Shown here in pieces: positions 57,359-64,000 of a DNA stretch of 64,000 nucleotides. The translations under genes and the position numbers were made by a program. The DNA is from Elsinoe ampelina (taxonomy: Eukaryota). How positions within the stretch are numbered: position 1 is the first letter of the stretch; each line of letters opens with the position of its first letter. Below the pieces are notes generated by a model that saw only the letters and a list, made by a program, of their open reading frames with translations, ran no database searches and was not told the origin of the DNA. The stretch spans positions 516,227-580,226 of the forward strand of contig ML992501.1 in assembly GCA_010093995.1 (NCBI GenBank), written 5' to 3'.

Positions 57359-59116
57359 TGTGCCTGTTTGTCAGCTGCCAGGCAAGACAGAAAATGGTTT
57401 GGAAGTGAGCAGTCTGGATGAAAGAGCATTGAATACTACAATAGTGAGGAAAGTACCAGTAGCATACAAAATGATAGGAAAGAAAGCAAGTGACAATAGT
57501 TCATGGGAGCCGGACAGATCTAGTCTCCTACGGACCGTGCAGATCACCAATACAATGAGACGCATGGTTGGATACAGACCTCGAGTCCCTCGAGTCAGCC
57601 ATGAACGTCGACCGGGAAAGGTGTAGGCGTGTCCGAGCAAGAGCTGATTCTGGCAATGAACAGACCGGCCCTACCGCACTATTGCAGCCCTCAACAATAC
57701 AAGCCGCAGCTCGCGTGGTACGGACGGAAGAACAGCCTATTCGCGCAAAACCGACAGTCCGGCTGGGTGCATAAAGTGCTCGATCAACCATGTGTTGAAC
57801 AAGGAGGACAAAAGACCCACTGGGACGGTTGATTGCAGCGGAGCTGCGACTGAGGCTGAAGACGGCGCCTTGACTTGGCCATGCAGGGCGTTCGTAGTAC
57901 CTGCAGGCGCCCCGAGACGACTCCTTCCAGAAGGGAAACAAGGCATGCGAGGCATCGGCTAATCGAGTCCAAGTCGACTTGAGCAGTCCAAGAAGGCCAG
58001 GATAATGGACGATTGGCGGTGGAGAGTGCGTTCGCCAACTGCTGCGCCGTCGGTTTGGCCGCATTGCCCGGAAACGCCACCAGCGGTTCTCAGCTGCTGA
58101 CACGCTCATCGTCATCTCCCTCGGAAACAGTGAACAGGCTAATAGAGTTCTACATGTGGGACCTGATGAGAAAGAGCAGGGTTGGAAAGCCGATCGACTG
58201 GATGGGGATGCAGCCAATCCGTTTTCTGTCATCCCACACTGCAGGCCTTGCTCTAGCCACGTGAGGACATGCTGGTAGTACATGTACTTCCTGCGGAATC
58301 CCTGTACAACAAATATGAGGGTTTTCGTCCAATCTACGCGGGCAAAATGCGGTGTGACTTTGGTGACGTGGAGGTGAGAACAAAGTGGTTGGAAGAGTCT
58401 GCACCCGATGCGACAAGGGTCTAGTCGATAGACTGGGAGACTTATTGATGGAGCATGCCAATCTTGGTTGATCGAGATGGGAGAAAGATGAGCCCAAGTC
58501 TCCGGCATGGTAGAAGGTCAATGCAGGGCTGACGGACGGCGGAGACGTCTACGCGTGCTGAGGAAGACGACGACAATGATCGGTGAGCCTGTCAGTCAAA
58601 AGCAATGACGGCCACGCTGTTCATGCAATTTCAAATCGTGGGCGCTGCATTCGGATGTCTGCATGATTGCTTCCCCGGTGGAGCACACTTGCAATTGAGC
58701 ATGTGAAGTGTGCAGAAAGCTCTGCTGCTCTAGACCGCTAAAGCTGGCCAGTGAATTTCTCCTTGGTTGACAAGTAGCTTTGTGTGATATAGCATTGTCG
58801 ATCTCAAGGATGCAGCAGGATTGTGATTGAGAAGGAGTGACAAGTCTGCATCTCATTCACATGCCACAGCAGGACGGTCATGATGGTGGATGGGACATGG
58901 TATGATGGTGAATGCACATTTCCACCTTCCTTTGTGTGGTGATTGTACACTATCTGCAGCTGAACTGTCATGCTTCGACAGCCTGCGAGTATCCGAAGAA
59001 AAGAGACCCAATACCATCATCATCAAACAACGACAGCGGTCTCTCCATGCTAACGCCATGCCCACCGCCAGAACTATCTCATTTCAAAAGCGCCAGTAAT
59101 CATGCGAACGTCCTCT

Positions 59117-60900
59117 TCATGCCTCCTTGCTCTTCTTCTTTTTCTTCTTCTTCTCCGCGCTGTCGACTTCAACATCATCTTCATGCTTCCGCTTCTTACT
59201 ATCGCCATTTGTCAAGCTTGTGCTACCACCTTCCTTTGCGGCCCGCTTCGCTTCTTTCCGCGCTCGTTTCTCGGCCTTTTCGAGTTTGCGTTGTGCCTTG
59301 GCCTCCTTCTTGGCCTGCTTGAGGGCCTTGCGTTGTTCCTTAGATAGCTCGCCGTCGCCATTGACCTCCGCACCTTCCTCGGCCGAGCTATCGCTCTCAT
59401 CCTTCATATCGATGTCTTCTGACTTGACCTCGGTGATGAGTGGCTTCTTGGCGGTACCGTTCACCGCCTTTGCCGCCGGCTCGTCAGCAGCCAGACCGTC
59501 GGCATCAGCATTGTACTTTCGTGCTTCCTTGATTGACCACTTGTTGGGCTGTGTCTGCTGACCGGACGGACCGATGGCGACGCCCTCCCGCTTAAGAGGC
59601 TTGCCTTCGAGATGTCGTAGTCTTCTCTCAACCATGAGCCTGCCGTTCACACCTACTGCCATCTTCTCTTCTTCCGATGGCTCTGGCTTCTCGTTCTCAC
59701 CGCTCGTACCCCAGTCGGACAACGCATCGACACGGAGACCAAGCGCTGCCTTCGTGGCGAGCACTCTGGCAATCTTACCTTTATTCTTGCCGGTAGCTTG
59801 GCCGATGAGAGATGCATGGTAGATGAGACCGTACTTGGGAGTGTCATGCTTTGTCTTGAGCGCGCGGAACAAGGCCTTCTCGGCACCGAGAATCTGGATG
59901 GTGGAAGCGGGTGACTTTGCGAGGTTCATGAGAGATCCAGAGTGCGCGATCAGCCGAGCGCCGACCAGTTCGCCGACCAGTGCCGTGAGATTGGGGGCGA
60001 TGGCTTGCATGCGACTTGTCAAGTATGACGACAGTTGTGCTCGGTACTCTGTGAATCCCGCAACTTGCTCGGCCAGGGCTTGAATGTTCATAAGATCCTC
60101 GTCTGTGATCTCCGTTCCCATGGAGATTTCAGCAGCAGCCTTTACAGCACCTTCGATCTCCTCGGGCAGAATGTCGCTGAGGTCGGTCGACACAGCATTC
60201 GACCGTACCCCCATCTTGAGAATCACCTTGGCATAGGCTAGATTGTCGTTTATAATCTTGGCCATCTCTGGGAAATGCCACCCATACCATTCCTTGACTC
60301 TCATGGCGTATGTGTTCAACTCCTTGTCTAGATCGTCCAAAAGTGCAATTGCTTGTATGATCATAGTATCAACCTTGTCCGGTGAGAATTTGAGCTTGTG
60401 TCGTGAGAGCGAATGTGAAAGACCGAGGGACATGGTAGCAAGGTCCTCTGGTAGGAGGTCCGGGATGAGAGAAGGGAGGTGTGCACGAATGGCACGAAAC
60501 ACTTCTTCTGTCGACTTGTCCGAGACTGGTACGATTTGTAGTTGTGGGAGCTTGTTGATCGCATTGGCCAGCTTGGGATCAGCGACCGCGAGGGATGCCT
60601 TCTTCTCATCCTTGATCTCGTCTAGGAGCTTGCTCAACGTCGGGGTAACTTTTCCTTCGGTAAGTGCAGCAGCTTCAGCCAAAGCTGCTGCCGCTGAATC
60701 GAATTTCAAAAAGTGCTTGAGCTTCAATCTTGTAGAGGTCAGTACAATTCTCACACATCTCGAATGAGTACGAACAGTCCGGCCGCTCCTTCAACTGTCT
60801 CTGTCTGCTCTGCGATATCATCGCGCTTGAGAAGCTTCTTGTCCTTGCTCTTGAGAATCGCATAACCAGCGCTGGTCTCGGTGAGGATGAAGAGGGTCAT
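59117..60900 (-). CDS. NOP58: Box C/D snoRNP core protein Nop58 (2 exons)
   Basis: [80 protein letters not shown] and KKE-rich tail. Confidence 0.96.
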
Positions 60901-61214
60901 GGTTGCGAAGCGGGGGCCCGCACCGGGCGAATTGCGCAAAAGTCAACAGGTATGTCCGTATGCCAGAGCAAATGTGTAGCGGTTGTGCAAAGTCGCCTTG
61001 TCGTGCACCGCTGATTATGTGAGGGTGTTGGAGCTGCACCAAGCTTGAGATTTTTCTGGTCCAAGTCGGAAAATCTTCATGCGGCTCTGCTTAGCCAAGA
61101 TTTCTGCCATCGCTTGAGATACAGCCCACCGTACCAAGTTATAATCCTCGAGCTCTTGATACTGTGCTGTTTCATCAGTCTCATTACAGACATGCAACCC
61201 TGAAAGCACAACAA

Positions 61215-62681
61215 ATGGCGGCAGCTGATCTGCTCATGCAGAGAAGCCCTGCTAATCGCCCCAGACCTGGCTACGCTGCGCTCACCCAAGGACCTGGGAC
61301 TCCAGGATCGCCACACACTCCTCTCCTTTCCAGAAGTCTGTCATCGCAATTCGGTTCTCCAGGATCATATCGTGTCGAAGATGAACTCGTCATATATGAA
61401 GTAGGGGCCCGCAGTCTGAGCATTGGATTCGCTGGAGATCCTGCTCCCAGAGCTGTCTGGACATTTGGACCAGATTCCGGAAGACGTGCTGGTGATTATG
61501 GTGGCCTCGATCCTTCGGGTACAATTCGCCAGGATGCCCTCAATTACGAGCTATGGGATCACGACTTGTCGAATACCGATCTGAAAATCGTAGAAGATAA
61601 GCTGGAGAGAGCGCTGCGCGTCCTTCATAGCAAATATCTCATGCTGGACCTGAAGAATCGCAACGCGAATCTGGTTCTTCCACCGTGCCTTCCAAATCCG
61701 CTTGTGGAGCTTGTCTTGAAATCCATTTTCACCGGCGTCAACGCACCGAAGAGCGTATATCTGCTGAGTAAGCCTGTGATGGCTGTAGTCGGAGCTGGTC
61801 TTCGATCTGCATTGGTCGTCGACATAGGATGGCACGAAACTACGGTGACGGCTGTCTACGAATATCGAGAAGTCGTTCAAAAGCGCACGAATCGTGCCGG
61901 TAAACGCATTGCGTGGGAAACAGGACGGATGCTGCGGTCCGTTACACAGTCCAGCATCCATTCTTTCGGCACCATCGACGAGATCTGTCGCAGGTATCTT
62001 TGGTGTAGACCTTCTGGAGGGGATCAGTCCGCTGATGACGGTCATACTCGAGAGGTCTCGCTTCGTTTGGAGTCGCAAGACACGACCACTCTGCCATTTG
62101 CGAGACTGGCCGACCCAGTTGAGAACTCGCTCTTGACTCCCAGCGACGACTTCAAGACGTCAGACGATCATGATCGATCTCTACCATCCCTCATATGGAG
62201 TTCTCTGCTTTCTCTTCCAGTCGATGTGCGAACCATATGTGTGTCTCGCATTGTTGTTATGGGAGAATCGGGTCGGTTGCCGGGATTGAAGGCGCGACTG
62301 CTACACGATCTTGAGCTGATCATCTCGCGCCGAGCTTGGAATCCGGTCCTCGATCATGGTTCACGAAAAGGGGGAGTAGCCAGAGCACTTGTCAAGCCAG
62401 TTGTTGCTGATGAAGAGAATGCAGCGGATGAAGAACACAGCGACGCTTTCAGACAAGCTGTCGGGAATGTTATGAATGACGCGGATGATGAGAGAGATGA
62501 GATCACCGAGAGGCTGGAGAGACAAAATGTAAAGTCGAGACCTCCTTGTATTTCCAAGTCTGTTCGCTCAGTGGAGTCATTAGAAGCATGGGCAGGTGCG
62601 AGTCTGACGGGTCACCTCAAGGTGGAAGGAAGGACCCAAATCATGAAGGATGACTTTCTCAAGCAAGGCATGAGCTTTTAG
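61215..62681 (+). CDS. Actin-related dynactin subunit (Arp10/Arp11, ro-7-like)
   Basis: Divergent actin fold: IYEVGARSLSIGFAGD, GAGLRSALVVDIGWHETTVTAVYEYR and AWAGASL. Confidence 0.82.
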   Translation: MAAADLLMQRSPANRPRPGYAALTQGPGTPGSPHTPLLSRSLSSQFGSPGSYRVEDELVIYEVGARSLSIGFAGDPAPRAVWTFGPDSGRRAGDYGGLDPSGTIRQDALNYELWDHDLSNTDLKIVEDKLERALRVLHSKYLMLDLKNRNANLVLPPCLPNPLVELVLKSIFTGVNAPKSVYLLSKPVMAVVGAGLRSALVVDIGWHETTVTAVYEYREVVQKRTNRAGKRIAWETGRMLRSVTQSSIHSFGTIDEICRRYLWCRPSGGDQSADDGHTREVSLRLESQDTTTLPFARLADPVENSLLTPSDDFKTSDDHDRSLPSLIWSSLLSLPVDVRTICVSRIVVMGESGRLPGLKARLLHDLELIISRRAWNPVLDHGSRKGGVARALVKPVVADEENAADEEHSDAFRQAVGNVMNDADDERDEITERLERQNVKSRPPCISKSVRSVESLEAWAGASLTGHLKVEGRTQIMKDDFLKQGMSF

Positions 62682-62905
62682 ATACCCAGTTATTCAATGA
62701 TTAATCACCGCGTCTGTCCATTTAACTGTGCTCTATGATCAGGCCGATTTCAACCAATGTCGGCACGTGACATGCGAAGCAGGCGCCAAGACCGCCAATG
62801 GGAAATGTTCATGCTTGCGTTCTATTTCGCCCGTCTTTCTTATAGTCAACCTTCACCTCGCAGGCAACTGCGAAGGCCGGAATCGGGCTTCCGAATTGCG
62901 CCACC

Positions 62906-63423
62906 ATGAAGGTATTATCCTACATTCCTACCAACAGTGCGCTTCGCTGACTTGCAAGGTCCTTGATGCTGGCACCAAGGTCTTGTCAGATCACGAAGTT
63001 CTGAAATTCATTCAAGAGAAGCGACAGCAACACAAAGACGAAGACGAAAAGGCAAAATCAGCAGGCCAAGCTGTCCTTCCTCGACCAGGAAATTTCATAC
63101 TCGCACTAGAACGACACGAGTATCATCTCAATCACAAGCGACGACCATACCTCGAGAACCCGAACTACAAATCCGATCAGTCGCATATCATACAGCTTAT
63201 GGAGGCTCTGGAGCCACGAGTACAGCTCACGAAGACCGAATTGCTCATGCTGGTGAATCATCGGCCACATAATCGGGTCATGATGTTGCCCATGATTGAG
63301 GATGCCGAGAGTCGTTACAGTGAGGAGGACCAGAATTGGATCGTGGAAAAGGTGGTGGAGATTCTGGGTGAACCTCGACCGATCACGCCTGATCCCAATC
63401 AGATGGACGAGGAAGAAGGATGA
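62906..63423 (+). CDS. RPC17: RNA polymerase III subunit C17/RPC9 (Rpb4 family); exons 62906-62911, 62959-63423
   Basis: MK|VLDAGTKVLSDHEVLKFI and HRDC-like LTKTELLMLVNHRP...PMIEDAESRYSEE. Confidence 0.85.
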
Positions 63424-63784
63424 GGACAATTGGAGGATCATCAGAAAGAAGACCACATGAGCAATCCCAACAAGGACGATGACGCCTCAATGGCACGATT
63501 TACCCCGAGGTCGATCAAGGACCTCAGCTCTGGCTGTCACGTCCAAATTTTGGCGCTGGAATGAGGCCGGCCCAAGATGGGCACAGAATCGCTCTGAATG
63601 TATCAGAGCATGATCCTCGCCATGGGCAGTAGGGAGCGAGGGTGGATCTGGATGGAGATTTGATGACTTATGCAACAGATGATACCCATAGAACTACAGA
63701 TCTACCGGCTAGCAGTGGAATTTCGCTATCTGGCATATTCGAACATCCTCTCACGTTTCCTTGGTGTCGTCGGCTTTCTTGACA

Positions 63785-64000
63785 TGTGAAGTGCGTGTCG
63801 GTGCATCCGCATCAGGAAATGGCCGCATCCGCACTCGGAATGGACTACTAAGTTAGACCCGGGCCTGTGCGCCTAGCTCTATATAAATAATCTATGCCTC
63901 TTAACTTTACTTTCTCTTTCTCTTTTTGTGCTTCCTTAGACACCATGCTAGCCTTTCTCGTTTTACCTCTTCTATTATTATATATATAGAGATATATTAA
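63785..64000. mobile_element. Possible retrotransposon LTR (~63785-63942, TGT...ACA) followed by AT/TpA-rich, RIP-like sequence running off the window
   Basis: Termini TGTGAAG...CTTAGACA, internal TATATAAATA and pyrimidine tract, then an abrupt fall in GC with TpA enrichment (tattattatatatatagagatatattaa). No clear target-site duplication. Confidence 0.4.

Noticed and set aside
57528..58508. 326-aa minus-strand ORF upstream of the pseudokinase
   Set aside because: No recognisable motifs, Arg/Ser/Cys-rich random-like composition, no codon bias. More likely leader or promoter DNA.

Overview
Gene-dense euchromatic segment of a filamentous ascomycete genome (Pezizomycotina, possibly Dothideomycetes; short ~45-60 nt GT-AG introns with CTRAY branch points). 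About 30 protein-coding genes can be supported. Housekeeping genes: NCL1/TRM4, PRE9, DBF4/nimO, ICP55, a SIRT5-type sirtuin, MED7, MED13, MRPL6, MET10, NOP58, ARP10/ro-7, RPC17, and KAR5-like, Rsm1/NIPA-like, PRKRIP1-like and DET1-like genes. Accessory genes: three PTH11/rhodopsin-family membrane proteins (one with a CFEM domain), a secreted carboxylesterase, a sugar O-acetyltransferase, an MFS transporter, a PAP2 phosphatase and a probable pseudokinase. A possible LTR/RIP-eroded repeat edge lies at the right end. The most striking unexplained signal is a set of 12 domains of 0.6-1.3 kb in which the + strand switches abruptly from C-rich to G-rich. The polarity is the same whatever the gene orientation. 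The domains sit over gene 3' ends, mostly at convergent pairs, cover synonymous sites, introns and UTRs, and reshape protein C-termini. No tRNA, rRNA or CRISPR array was supportable. Exon boundaries and domain limits were read by eye and are approximate.
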